DNA of 64,000 bases from NCBI GenBank assembly GCA_030390025.1, contig CM059452.1, positions 17,050,001 to 17,114,000 on the forward strand, written 5' to 3'. The stretch is from Squalus acanthias. Its lineage: Eukaryota. Under the pieces are notes generated by a model. The model was not told the DNA's origin, did not search any database, and was given only the letters and a program-made list of their open reading frames with translations. A program made the translations under genes and the position numbers. This document shows positions 1-14,100 of this stretch, in pieces (the first letter of the stretch is position 1; every line of letters begins with the position of its first letter).

Positions 1-840
1 GCCAACTCCTGTTCCTATGTTCCAGACAGGCTCGAGGAGCTGAATGGCCAACTCCTGTTCCTATGTTCCAGACAGGCTCGAGGAGCTGAATGGCCAACTC
101 CTGTTCCTATGTTCCAGACAGGCTCGAGGAGCTGAATGGCCAACTCCTGTTCCTATGTTCCAGACAGGCTCGAGGAGCTGAATGGCCGACTCCTGTTCCT
201 ATGTTCCAGACAGGCTCGAGGAGCTGAATGGCCAACTCCTGTTCCTATGTTCCAGACAGGCTCGAGGAGCTGAATGGCCAACTCCTGTTCCTATGTTCCA
301 GACAGGCTCGAGGAGCTGAATGGCCAACTCCTGTTCCTATGTTCCAGACAGGCTCGAGGAGCTGAATGGCCAACTCCTGTTCCTATGTTCCAGACAGGCT
401 CGAGGAGCTGAATGGCCAACTCCTGTTCCTATGTTCCAGACAGGCTCGAGGAGCTGAATGGCCGACTCCTGTTCCTATGTTCCAGACAGGCTCGAGGAGC
501 TGAATGGCCGATTCCTGTTCCTATGTTCCAGACAGGCTCGAGGAGCTGAATGGCCAACTCCTGTTCCTATGTTCCAGACAGGCTCGAGGAGCTGAATGGC
601 CAACTCCTGTTCCTATGTTCCAGACAGGCTCGAGGAGCTGAATGGCCGACTCCTGTTCCTATGTTCCAGACAGGCTCGAGGAGCTGAATGGCCGACTCCT
701 GTTCCTATGTTCCAAACAGGCTCGAGGAGCTGAATGGCCGACTCCTGTTCCTATGTTCCAGACAGGCTCGAGGAGCTGAATGGCCGACTCCTGTTCCTAT
801 GTTCCAAACAGGCTCCAGGGGCTGAATGGCCAACACCTGT
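1..840 (+). repeat. 46-bp tandem minisatellite (~18 copies, runs off window start) derived from a CR1 LINE 3' terminus
   Basis: Unit GCCAACTCCTGTTCCTATGTTCCAGACAGGCTCGAGGAGCTGAATG recurs at 1, 47, 93...; it resembles the reverse complement of CR1 tails in this window (39961-40020: CAGGCTCGAAGGGCCGAATGGCCTACTCCTGCGCCTAT). Confidence 0.95.
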
Positions 841-1240
841 TCATAGGTAACTACATTTTCTGAGTTTAAATGAAGGTGAACAAATGTGGTCCCAGAACGG
901 ATCCCTGCAAGACACCATTTCTCACTGTCTGCCATTCTGACAAAAGTCCCGTAACTCCTACCCACTGATTAATGTTTTGGAGCGGAATTTCCATTTATTG
1001 GACCACATGTTCAGGAGAACAACAGAAGAAAGAATGTTCCATAGAAACTAGAATTATCTGTTCTGAATTTCTGTCCTGTACTTACAGTTTTGACTGTTGT
1101 AAACTCCTTTTACAGGCTATTAGAAGGGGGAGGGGGAATTTGCAGACGGGAAAACTCAAACCAAACATCTGAAAGAATCTCTTGATTCATCAGGACCTGA
1201 ATGTCATCGGCCTTTGAATGTGGAAGGAGAAATGTTTGTC

Positions 1241-1729
1241 TGTAATGTCTGTGGGAAAAGGTTTCAAACATCAGTGTGACTGGAAAAGCACCGAGACACA
1301 CACACCCGAGTGAGAGTGTGCCAGTGCACTGACAGTGGAAAGAGCTTTAACCAGTTACACAGCCTGAAAAAATATAGCACCATTCACAGCGGGGAGAAAC
1401 CGTACACGTGTTCTGTGTGTGGACAAGACTTCAACCGATCGTCCAACCTGGAGAGACACAAGGACACCCGCACCACGGAGAAACCGTGGAAATGTGGGGA
1501 CTGAGGGAAGGGATTCATTTTCCCGTCTGAACTGGAAATTCATCATTGCAGTAACACCGGGGAGAGACTGTTCACATGTTCCGAGTGTGGGAAGGGATTC
1601 ACTCAGTTATCCAACCAGCTCAAACACCAGCGAGTTCACACTGGGGAGAGGCCGTTCACCTGCTCCCTGTGTGGGAAGGGATTCACTCAGTCATCTTTCT
1701 TGCTGAAACACCACCGAATTCACAAGTGA
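1241..1729 (+). pseudogene. C2H2 (Kruppel-type) zinc-finger array pseudogene, ~6 fingers
   Basis: One frame reads CNVCGKRFQTSV*LEKHRDTH...HSGEKPYTCSVCGQDFNRSSNLERH...EKPWKCGD*GKGF...[55 protein letters not shown]-type linkers; in-frame TGA at 1277 and 1502 (the latter replaces a Zn-ligand Cys); several Cys/His ligands lost. Confidence 0.9.
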
Positions 1730-2098
1730 CTGCAGGGGTTGGATTCTGCTGTTCTTGCTGCTGTTGATCACATCCAGTCTTGAACCATGTTCATTCTGAC
1801 AGTTTGGGTTTGTTTCTGCTGATGTTAATAGCCCTGTAACTGGGCTGGAGTTTAATATTCTTGATATATGACGAATTAATCAACGGGGTAATGAACAGCT
1901 AAAGTTACTGCTGATTGTGTTTTCCTCCAATGCAGTTCATTCTTACATTTGCAAATACTTCACACTTTAAACAGCTTTGTTCAAATACTGAAAGGTGCAG
2001 CAAATTGAGCTAAACTCTGTCAGACAATTGATAACAACATTAATTGAATCCGCAGACAGGTTTTGGATTACTCTGGGAAAGCGCGCCATGCTATGCCT

Positions 2099-2129
2099 TG
2101 CAGTACCGCCTATGTCCAGCAGACGGCGT
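2099..2129 (+). promoter_or_regulatory. Extended CTCF-binding motif (upstream module + core)
   Basis: TGCAGTACC (2099-2107), 8-nt spacer, CCAGCAGACGGCGT (2116-2129); fits the U-motif + core arrangement. Confidence 0.6.
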
Positions 2130-2187
2130 TAACTCTCCATTTAATTCCGTCTGAGAGGAAAATGACACACATGAGAGCAGAATGAAT

Positions 2188-5100
2188 GGGGGAAGCTCAG
2201 GGTCAGATACTGAACATACTGCACCCACAGTGACATCACACACTGCCCCATCCCTGAGGCAGCTCAGGGTCAGATACTGAAACTACTGCAGCCAACAGTG
2301 TCATCGCACACTGACCCCTCCCTGAGGCAGCTCAGGGTCAGACACTGAACACACTGCACCCACTTTGACATCACACACTGTCCCTTCCCTGGGGCAGCAC
2401 AAGCTCAGACACTGAACAAACTCCACCCAATGTGACATCACACACTGCCCCTTCCCTGGGGCAGCTCAGGGACACACACTGAACATACTGCACCCCACAG
2501 TGACATCACACTTTGGCCCCTCCCTGGGTCAGCTCAGGGTCAGACACTGAACATACTTCAACAACAGTAACATCAAATAATGTCCCCTCCCTGGGGCAGC
2601 TCAGGGTCAGTCTATCAACATACTGCACCCACAGGAACATCACACACTGCCCCCTCCCTGAGACAGCTCAGACTCAGACACTGAACAAACTGCACCCACA
2701 GTGACATCAAACACTGCCCCCTCCCTGGGACAGCTCAGAGTCAGACACTAAACATACAGCACCCATAGTGACATCACACACTGCCCCCTCCTTGGGGCAG
2801 CTCAGGGCCAGACAATGAACATACTGCACCCACAGGGACATCACAAACTGCCCCCTCCTTGGGGCAGCTCCGGGCAGACACTGAACATATTGCACCCACA
2901 GGAACATCACATACTGCCCCATCCCTGGTGCAACACAGTTTCAGACACTGAACATACTGCACCCCACAGTGACATCACACACTTCCCGATCCCTGCGGCA
3001 GCTCAGGGTCAGACACTGACAATACAGCAACCAAAAGTAATTTCACACACTGCCCCCTCCCTGGGGTAGCTCAGGGTAAGACACTGAACATGCTGCAACC
3101 ACAGTGACATCACACACTGCCCCCTCCCTGGGACAGCTCAGAGTCAGACACTGAACATACTGCACCCACAGTGACATCACACACTGCCCCCTCCCTGGGA
3201 CAGCTCAGAGTCAGACACTGAACATACTGCACCCACAGTGACATCACACACTGCCCCCTCCCTGGGACAGCTCAGGGTCAGACACTGAACATACTGCACC
3301 CACAGTGACATCACACACTGCCCCCTCCCTGGGCAGCTCAGAGTCAGACACTGAACATACTGCACCCACAGTGACATCACACACTGCCCCCTCCCTGGGA
3401 CAGCTCAGAGTCAGACACTGAACACACTGCACCCACAGTGACATCACACACTGCCCCCTCCCTGGGGCAGCTCAGAGTCAGACACTGAACACACTGCACC
3501 CACAGTGACATCACACACTGCCCCCTCCCTGGGACAGCTCAGAGTCAGACACTGAACATACTGCACCCACAGTGACATCACACACTGCCCCTCCCTGGGG
3601 CAGCTCATTACCAGTCACTGAACATACTGCACGCACAGTGACATCGCGCATTGCCCCTTCCCTGGGGCAGCTCAGAATCAGACACTTAACACACTGCACC
3701 CCACAGTGACATCATACACTGCCCCCTCCCTGGGGCAGCTCAGAGTCAGATATTGAACATTCTGCACCCACTGGGACATTACACACTGCCCCCTCCCTGG
3801 GGCAGCTCAGGTCAGACACTGAACATACTGCACCCACAGTGACATCACACACTGCCCCCTCTCTGGGACAGCTCAGAGTCAGACACTGAACACACTGCAC
3901 CCACAGTGATATCACACACTGCAGCCTACATGGGACAGCTCAGAATCAGACACTGAACATACTGCACCCACAGTGACATCACACACTGCCCCCTCCCTGG
4001 GACAGCTCAGGGTCAGACACTGAACACACTGTACCCACAGTGACATCACACACTGCCCCCTCCCTGGGGCAGCTCAGAATCAGACACTGAACATACTGCA
4101 CCCACAGTGTTATCACACACTGCAGCCTACCTGGGACAGCTCAGAGTAGTCAGACACTGAACATACCGAAACCACAGTCACATCACTCACTGCCCGCTCC
4201 TTGGGGCAGCTCAGCGACAGACACTGAACGTACTGCACCCCACAGGAACATGACACACTGCCCCCTCCCTGGGTTAGCTCACAGTCAGATTCTGAACATA
4301 CTTCACCCACAGTGGCAACACACAGTGCCCCCTCCCTGAGGCAGCTCAGAGTCAGACACTGAACATATTTCACCCACAGTGACATCAAACACTGCCCCCT
4401 CCCTGGGACAACTGAGAGCCAGACAATAAAAATACTGCACCCCACAGTGAATCACACACTGCCCCCACTGGGGCAGCTCAGGGACAGACACTGAAAATAC
4501 TGCACCCCACAGTGAGATCACACACTGCCCCCTCCCTGGGGCAGCTCAGTGACATACACACAACATACAGCACCCACAGTGACATCTCATACTGCCCCCT
4601 TCCTGAGGCAGCTCAGGGTCAGTCACTGAACATACTGTACCACTGTGACATCACAAACTTCTCCCTCCCTGGGGCAGCACAGAGTCAGACACTGAACATA
4701 CTGCACCCACAGTACCATCACACACTGCCCTCTCCCTGGGGCAGCTCAGGGTCAGTCACTTAACATACGGCGTCCACAGGGACATAAAACACTAAACCGC
4801 CCGGGGGAGGTAAAGAGTCAGACACTGAATATACTGCAACCACAGTGACATCACACAATTCCCACTCCCTGGGGCAGCTCAGGGTCAGACACTGAACATA
4901 CTGCACTCACAGTGATATCATACACTACCCCTTCCCTGGCGCAGCTCAGTGTCAGAAACTGAACATACTGGACCCACAGTGACATCACCAACTTATCCCT
5001 CCCTGGGTCAGCTCAGAGACAGACACTGAACATACTGCAACCCACAGTGACATCACACACTGACCCCATCCTGGGGCAACTCAGGGTCAGACACTGACAA

Positions 5101-8100
5101 TACTGCACCCACAGTAAAATCACACAATGGCCCCTCCCTGGGGCCGCTCAGGGTCAGTTTATGAACATTCTGCTCCCACAGGGACAACACTCACTCCCCC
5201 TCCCTGGGACAGCTCAGATTCAGACACCAATCATACCGAACCCACAGTGACATCACACACTGCCACCTCCCTGGGGCAGCTCAGAGTCAGAACCCGAAAT
5301 ACTGCATTCAGAGTGAAATCACACACTGCCTCCTCCCTGGGGTAGCTCAGAGTCAGACACTGAACATACTGTACCCAACAGTGGCATCGCACACTGACCC
5401 CTCCCTGGGGCAGCACAGGGTCAGACACTGACAATACTACACCCACAGTAACTTCACATACTGCCCCCTCACTGGGGTAGCTCAGAGTCAGACACTGAAC
5501 ATACTGCACCCAACAGTGGCATCGCACACTGTTCCCTCCCTGGGGCAGCACAGGTCCAGACACTGAACATGCTTCACCCACAGTTACATCACAAACTGCC
5601 CCCTCGCTGGGGCAACTGAGAGCCAGACAATGAAGATACTGCACCCCACAGTGAGATCACACACTGCCCGCACTTGGGGCAGCTCAGGGACAGACACTGA
5701 AAATACTGCACCCCACAGTGAGATCACACACTGTTCCCTCCCTGGGGCAGCTCAGGGTCAGACACTGAACATGCTGTACCCCACCGGAACATCACACTCT
5801 GTCCCCTTTCTGGGGCAGCTCATTATCAGACAATGAACATACTGTACCCACTATGACATCACACACTTCCCCCCCTGGAACAGCTCAGGGTCAAACACTG
5901 ATTATACTGCACTCACAGTAATATCAAACAATGTCCCCTCCCTGGGGCAGCTCAGGATCAGCTACGGAACATACCGCACCCACAGTGACATCACAAACTG
6001 GCCCCTCCCTGGGGCAGTTCAGAGTCAGACACTGAACATACTGCATCCACAGTGATATCACACACTGCCCCCTCCCTGGGGCAGCTCAGGGTCAGACACT
6101 AGACACACTGCACCCACAGGGACATCAAACACTGCCCTCTCCCTGGGGCAGCTCAGGGTCAGACACTAGACACACTTCACCCACAGGGACATCACACACT
6201 GCCCCCTCCCTGGGACAGCTCCGAGTCAGACACTGAACATAATACATCCACAGTGACATCACACACTGCCCCCTCCCTGGGACAGCTCAGAGTCAGACAC
6301 TGAACATAATGCATCCACAGTGACATCATATAATTCCCATTCCCTTGGGCAGCTCATTATCAGTCACTGAACATACTGCACCCACAGTGACATCGCGCAT
6401 TGCCCCTTCCCTGGGGCAGCTCAGAATCAGACACTTAACACACTGCACCCCACAGTGACATCATACACTGCCCCCTCCCTGGGGCAGCTCAGTGACATAC
6501 ACACAACATACAGCACCCGCAGTGACATCTCACACTGCCCCCTCCCTGGGGCTGCTCAGTGTCAGTCACTGAACATACTGTACCACTGTGACATCACACA
6601 CTTCTCCCTCCCTGGGGCAGCACAGAGTCAGACACTGAGCATACTGCACCCACAGTAACATCACACACTGCCCCCTCCCTGGGGCAGCACAGAGTCAGAC
6701 ACTGAACATACTGCACCCACAGTGACATCACACACTGCCCCCTCCCTGGGACAGCTCAGGGTCAGTCACTTAACATACGGCATCCACAGGGACATGAAAC
6801 ACTAAACCTCCCTGGGGAGGCAAAGAGTCAGACACTGAATATACTGCAACCACAGTGACATCACACAATTCCCAATCCCTGGGGCAGCTCAGGGTCAGAC
6901 ACTGAACATACAGCACTCACAGTGATATCATACACTGCCCCTTCCCTGGCGCAACTCAGATTCAGATGCTGAACATACTGCACCCACAGTGACATCACCA
7001 ACTTATCCCTCCCTGGGTCAGCTCAGAGACAGACACTGAACATACTGCAACCCACAGTGACATCACACACTGACCCCTCCCTGGGGCAGCTCAGCGTCAG
7101 ACACTGACAATACTGCACCCACAGTAAAATCACACAATGGCCCCTCCCTGGGGCCGCTCAGGGTCAGTTTATTAACATACTGCTCCCACAGGGACAACAC
7201 TCACTCCCCCTCCCTGGGACAGCTCAGTTTCAGACACCAATCATACCGAACCCACAGTGACATCACACACTGCCACCTCCCTGGGGCAGCTCAGAGTCAG
7301 AACCCGAAATACTGCATTCAGAGTGAAATCACACACTGCCTCCTCCCTGGGGTAGCTCAGAGTCAGACACTGAACATACTGTACCCAACAGTGGCATCGC
7401 ACACTGACCCCTCCCTGGGGCAGCACAGGGTCAGACACTGACAATACTACACCCACAGTAACTTCACATACTGCCCCCTCACTGGGGTAGCTCAGAGTCA
7501 GACACTGAACATACTGCACCCAACAGTGGCATCGCACACTGTTCCCTCCCTGGGGCAGCACAGGTCCAGACACTGAACATGCTTCACCCACAGTTACATC
7601 ACAAACTGCCCCCTCACTGGGGCAACTGAGAGCCAGACAATGAAGATACTGCACCCCACAGTGAGATCACACACTGCCCGCACTTGGGGCAGCTCAGGGA
7701 CAGACACTGAAAATACTGCACCCCACAGTGAGATCACACACTGTTCCCTCCCTGGGGCAGCTCAGGGTCAGACACTGAACATGCTGTACCCCACTGGAAC
7801 ATCACACTCTGTCCCCTTTCTGGGGCAGCTCATTATCAGACAATGAACATACTGTACCCACTATGACATCAAACACTTCCCCCCCTGGAACAGCTCAGGG
7901 TCAAACACTGATTATACTGCACTCACAGTAACATCACACAATGTCCCCTCCCTGGGGCAGCTCAGGATCAGCTACTGAACATACCGCACACACAGTGACA
8001 TCACACCCTGCCCACTCCGTGGGGCAGCTCATTGTGAGACACTGAACATATTGCACCCACAGTGACATCACACACTGCCCCCTCCCTGGGGCAGCTCAGA

Positions 8101-11100
8101 GTCAGACACTGAACACACTGCACCCACAGTGACATCACACACTGCCCCCTCCCTGGGGCAGCTCAGGATCAGCTACTGAACATACAGCACCCACAGTGAC
8201 ATCACAAACTGCCCCCTCCCTGGGGCAGCTCAGGGTCAGACACTAGACACACTGCACCCACAGGGACATCAAACACTGCCCTCTCCCTGGGACAGCTCAG
8301 AGTCAGACACTGAACACACTGCACCCACAGTGACATCACACACTGACACTCCCTGGGGCAGCAAAGAGGCAGACACTGAAAATACTGCAACCACTGTGAC
8401 ATCACACAATTTCCACTCCCTGGGGTAGCTCAGGTTCAGACGATGAACATACTGCACCCACAGGGACATCACACAATGGCCCCTCCCTGGGGCAACTCAC
8501 ATTCAGACACTGAACATACTGGACTCACAGTGACATCACCAACTTATCACTCCATGGGGCAGCTCAGAGTCAGTCACTCAACATACTGCAACCACAGTAA
8601 CATCACACACCGACCCCGCCCTGGGGGAGCTCAGAGTCAGACACTGAACACACTGCACCCACAGTGATATCACACACTGTCCCCTCCCTGGGGCAGCTCA
8701 GAGTCAGACACCGAACATACTGCAACCACAGTAACATCACACACTGCCCCGTCCCTGGGGCAGCTCAGGTTCAGACACTGAACATGCTGTAGTCCGGAGG
8801 AACATGAACCAAAGCCCCCGCTCTGGGGCAGCTCATTATCTGACACTGAACATACTGTACCCACAGTGACATCACAAACATTCCCCTCCTTGGGGCACCT
8901 AAGGGTGAAACATTGACAATACAGCACCCACAGTAACATCACACAATGTCCCCTCCCTGGGGAAGCTTAGGATCAGTCTATGAACATACTTCACCCACAG
9001 GGATATCACACACTGCCCCCTCCCTGAGACAGCTCAGAGTCAGACACTGAACATACTGCACCAAGAGTGACATCAAAAACTGCCCCCTCCCTGGGACAGC
9101 TCAGAGTCAGACACTGAACATAACGCACCCACAGTGACATCACACATTGCCCACTCCCTGGGGCAGCTCAGATCCAGAGAATGAACATACTGCACCCCAC
9201 AGTGAGATCACACACATACCCCCTCCCTGGGACAGCTCAGAGTCAGACACTTAACATACTGCACCAACAGTGACATCACACATTGCCCACTCCCTGGGGC
9301 AGCTCAGGTTCAGACAATGAACATACTGCACCCACAGGGACATCACACAATGGCCCCTCCCTGGGGCAACTCAGATTCAAACACTGAACATACTGCACCC
9401 CACAGTGAGATCCCACACTGCCCCCTCCCTGGGGCAGCTCAGGGAGATACACTGAACATACTGCACCAAAAGTGACATCACACACTTCCCCATCCCTGGG
9501 GCAGCACAGAGTCAGACAGTGAACATACAGCACCCACAGTGACATCACACACTGACCCCTCCCTGGGGCAGCTCAGGGTCAGTCACTTATCATATTGCAA
9601 CCTACAGTGACATCACACTCTGCCCCCTCCCTGGGGCAGCTCAGGGTCAGACATTGACAATACTGCACCCACAGTAACATCATAAATGGTCCCTCCCTGC
9701 GGCCGCTCAGGGTCAGTCTATGAACATTTTGCTCCCACGGGGACATCACACACTGCCCCTCACTGAGAAAGCTCAGAGTCAGACACTGAACATACTGCAA
9801 CCACAGGGACATCACACAATGCCCCCTCCCTGGGACAGCTCAGAGTCAGACACTGATCATACCGAACCCAGAGTGACATCAAACACTGCCGCTCCCTGGG
9901 ACAGCTCAGAGTCAGACACTGAACATACTGCATCCCACAGTGACATCACACACTGTCTCCTCCCTGGGGTATCTCATTGTCAGACAGTGAACATACTGCA
10001 CACACAGTGGCATCACACACTCCACCCTCCCTGGGGCAGCACAGGATCAGACACTGACAATACTGCACCCACAGTAACTTCACATTCTGCCCCCTCCCTG
10101 GGGTAGCTCAGAGTCAGACACTGAACATACTGCACCAACAGTGACATCACACACTGCCCCCTCCCTGGGGTAGCTCAGAGTCAGACACTGAACATACTGC
10201 ACCCCACAGTGACATCACACACTGTTCACTCACTGGGGCAGCTCAGGTTGAGACACTGAACATGCTGTACCCCACAGGAACATCACACACTGCCCCCACT
10301 CTGGGGCAGCTAATTATCACACAATGAACCTACTGTACCCACAGTGACATTACAAACGTTCCCATCCTTGGGGCAGATCAGAGTCAGACACTGAACATAC
10401 TGCACCCACAGTGACATCAAACACTTACCCCTCCCTGGGAAGCTCAGGGTCAAAAACTGAACATACTGCACCCACAGTAACATCACACAATGTCCCCTCC
10501 CTGGGGCAGCTCAGGGTTAGTCTACGAACATACTTCAGCCACAGGGACATCTAAAACTGCCCCCTCCCTGACACAGCTCAGTGTCAGACACTAAAAATAC
10601 TGCACCCACAGTGACATCACACACTGCCCCCTCCCTGGGGCAGCTCTGAGTCAGACACTGAACATACTGCACCCCACAGTGACATCACACTCTGCCCCCT
10701 CCCTGGGACAGCTCAGAGTCAGACACTGAACATACTGCACCCACAGTGACATCACACACTGCCCCCTCCCTAGGGTATCTCATTGTCAGACACTGAACAT
10801 ACTGCACCCACAGTGACATCACACACTGCCCCCTCCCTGGGACAGCTCAGAGTAAGACACTGAACAAACTGCACCCACAGTGAGATCACACACTGCCCCC
10901 TCACTGGGAAAGCTCAGAGTCAGACACTGAACACACTGCACCCACAGTCACATCACACACTGCCCCCTCCCTTGAACAGCTCAGAGTCAGACACTGAACA
11001 CACTGCCCCCACAGTGACATCACACACTGCCCCCTCCCTGGGACAGCTCAGGGTCAGACACTGAACACACTGCACACACAGTGACATCACACACTGCCCC

Positions 11101-14100
11101 CTCCCTTGAACAGCTCAGAGTCAGACACTGAACACACTGCACCCACAGTGACATCACACACTGCTCCATCCCTGGGACAGCCCAGGGTCAGACACTGAAC
11201 ACACTGCACCCACAGTGACATCACACATAAGAAAATAAGCACATAAGAAATAGGAGCAGGAGTAGACCAATCGGCCCCTCGAATCTGCTCCGCCATTCAA
11301 TGAGATCATGGCTGATCTGATCCAACGTCAACTCTGAAGAACACAAGAAGCAGGAGCAGGACCAGGCCACTCGGCTCCGCCACCCACAGGGCCTTGACCG
11401 ATCCGAACTCAAACTCATGTCCAATTTCCAGCCCGCTCCCCGTAACCCCTGATTCCCTTTACTTCTAGGAAACGGTCTATTTCTGTTTTAAATTTATTTA
11501 ATGAAGTAGCTTCCACAGCATCCTGGGGTAGCAAATTCCACAGACCCACTACCCTCTGAGTGAAAAAGTTTCTCCTCATCTCAGTTTTGAAAGAGGAGCC
11601 CCTTATTCTAAGATTATGTCCCCTAGTTCTAGTTTCACCCATCAATTGGAACATCCTTACCGCGTCCACCCGATCAAGCCCCTTCACAATCTTATATGTT
11701 TCAATAAGATCGCCTCTCATTCTTCTGAACTCCAATGAGTAGAGTCCCAATCTACTCAACCTCTCTCGTATGTCCACACCCTCATCCCCGGAATTAACCG
11801 AGTGAACCTTCTTTGTACTGCCTCGAGAGCAAGTATGTCTTTTCTTATTTATGGACACCAAAACTGTATGCAGTACTCCAGGTGCGGTCTCACCAATACC
11901 CTATACAACTGCAGCAATACCTCCCTGTTTTTATATTCTATCCCCCTAGTAATAAAAGCCAACATTCCATTGGCTTTCTTGATCACCTGCTGCACCTGCG
12001 TACTAACTTTTTGATTTTCTTGCACCAAGACCCCCAGATCCCTTTGCACTACAGTACTTTCCAGTTTCTCGCCATTAAGATGGTAACTTGTTCTCTGCTT
12101 TTTCCTGCCAAACTGCATAACCTTACATTTTCCAATATTGTATTGCATCTGCCAAATCTCTGCCCACTCTCCCAGACTGTCTATATCCCCTTGTAGGTTT
12201 TTTTATGTCCTCCTCACTCTCTAATTTCTCTCCCATCTTTGTATCATCTGCAAACTTTGATATGTTACACTCGGTCCCCTCCTCCAAATCGTTAATATAG
12301 ATTGTAAAGAGTTAGCGACCCAGCACCGACCCCTGCGGAACACCACTGGCTACTGGTTGCCAGTCCGAGAATGAACCATTTATCCCAACTCTCTGCTTCC
12401 TGTTAGATAACCAATCCTCCACCCATGCCAGAATATTACCCCCAATTGGTCCCTCCCTGGGGAAGCTCAGAGTCAGACACTGAACATACTGCACCCACAG
12501 TGACATCACACACTGCCCCCTCCCTGGGACAGCTCAGAGTCAGACACTGAACACACTGCACCCACAGTGACATCACACACTGCCCCCTCCCTGGGACAGC
12601 TCAGAGTCAGACACTGAACATACTGCACCCACAGTGACATCACACACTGCCCCCTCCCTGGGACAGCTCAGAGTCAGACACTGAACATACTGCACCCACA
12701 GTGACATCACACACTGCCCCCTCCCTGGGACAGCTCAGAGTCAGACACTGAACATACTGCACCCACAGTGACATCACACACTGCCCCCTCCCTGGGACAG
12801 CTCAGAGTCAGACACTGAACACACTGCACCCACAGTGACATCACACACTGCCCCCTCCCTGGGACAGCTCAGAGTCAGACACTGAACACACTGCACCCAC
12901 AGTGACATCACACACTGCCCCCTCCCTGGGACAGCTCAGAGTCAGACACTGAACACACTGCACCCACAGTGACATCACACACTGCCCCCTCCCTGGGACA
13001 GCTCAGAGTCAGACACTGAACACACTGCACCCACAGTGACATCACACACTGCCCCTCCCTGGGACAGCTCAGAGTCAGACACTGAACACACTGCACCCAC
13101 AGTGACATCACACACTGCCCCCTCCCTGGGACAGCTCAGAGTCAGACACTGAACACACTGCACCCACAGTGACATCACACACTGCCCCCTCCCTGGGACA
13201 GCTCAGAGTCAGACACTGAACACACTGCACCCACAGTGACATCACACACTGCCCCCTCCCTGGGACAGCTCAGAGTCAGACACTGAACACACTGCACCCA
13301 CAGTGACATCACACACTGCCCCCTCCCTGGGACAGCTCAGAGTCAGACACTGAACACACTGCACCCACAGTGACATCACACACTGCCCCCTCCCTGGGAC
13401 AGCTCAGAGTCAGACACTGAACAAACTGCACCCACAGTGACATCACACACTGCCCCCTCCCTGGGACAGCTCAGAGTCAGACACTGAACATACTGCACCC
13501 ACAGTGACATCACACACTGCCCCCTCCCTGGGACAGCTCAGAGTCAGACACTGAACACACTGCACCCACAGTGACATCACACACTGCCCCCTCCCTGGGA
13601 CAGCTCAGAGTCAGACACTGAACACACTGCACCCACAGTGACATCACACACTGCCCCCTCCCTGGGACAGCTCAGAGTCAGACACTGAACATACTGCACC
13701 CACAGTGACATCACACACTGCCCCCTCCCTGGGACAGCTCAGAGTCAGACACTGAACACACTGCACCCACAGTGACATCACACACTGCCCCTCCCTGGGA
13801 CAGCTCAGAGTCAGACACTGAACACACTGCACCCACAGTGACATCACACACTGCCCCCTCCCTGGGACAGCTCAGAGTCAGACACTGAACAACTGCACCC
13901 ACAGTGACATCACACACTGCCCCCTCCCTGGGACAGCTCAGAGTCAGACACTGAACAAACTGCACCCACAGTGACATCACACACTGCGCCCTCCCTGGGG
14001 AAGCTCAGGGTCAAACTCTAACCATACTGCACCCACAGTAACATCACACAATGTCCCCTCCCTGGGGCAGCTCAGGGTCAATCTACGAACATACTACAGA

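Noticed and set aside
1-840. CRISPR-like regular repeats
   Set aside because: Head-to-tail units with no unique spacers; eukaryotic context; no cas genes
1310-1767. Functional zinc-finger gene
   Set aside because: Two in-frame stops and lost Zn ligands; the overlapping ORFs are off-frame translations
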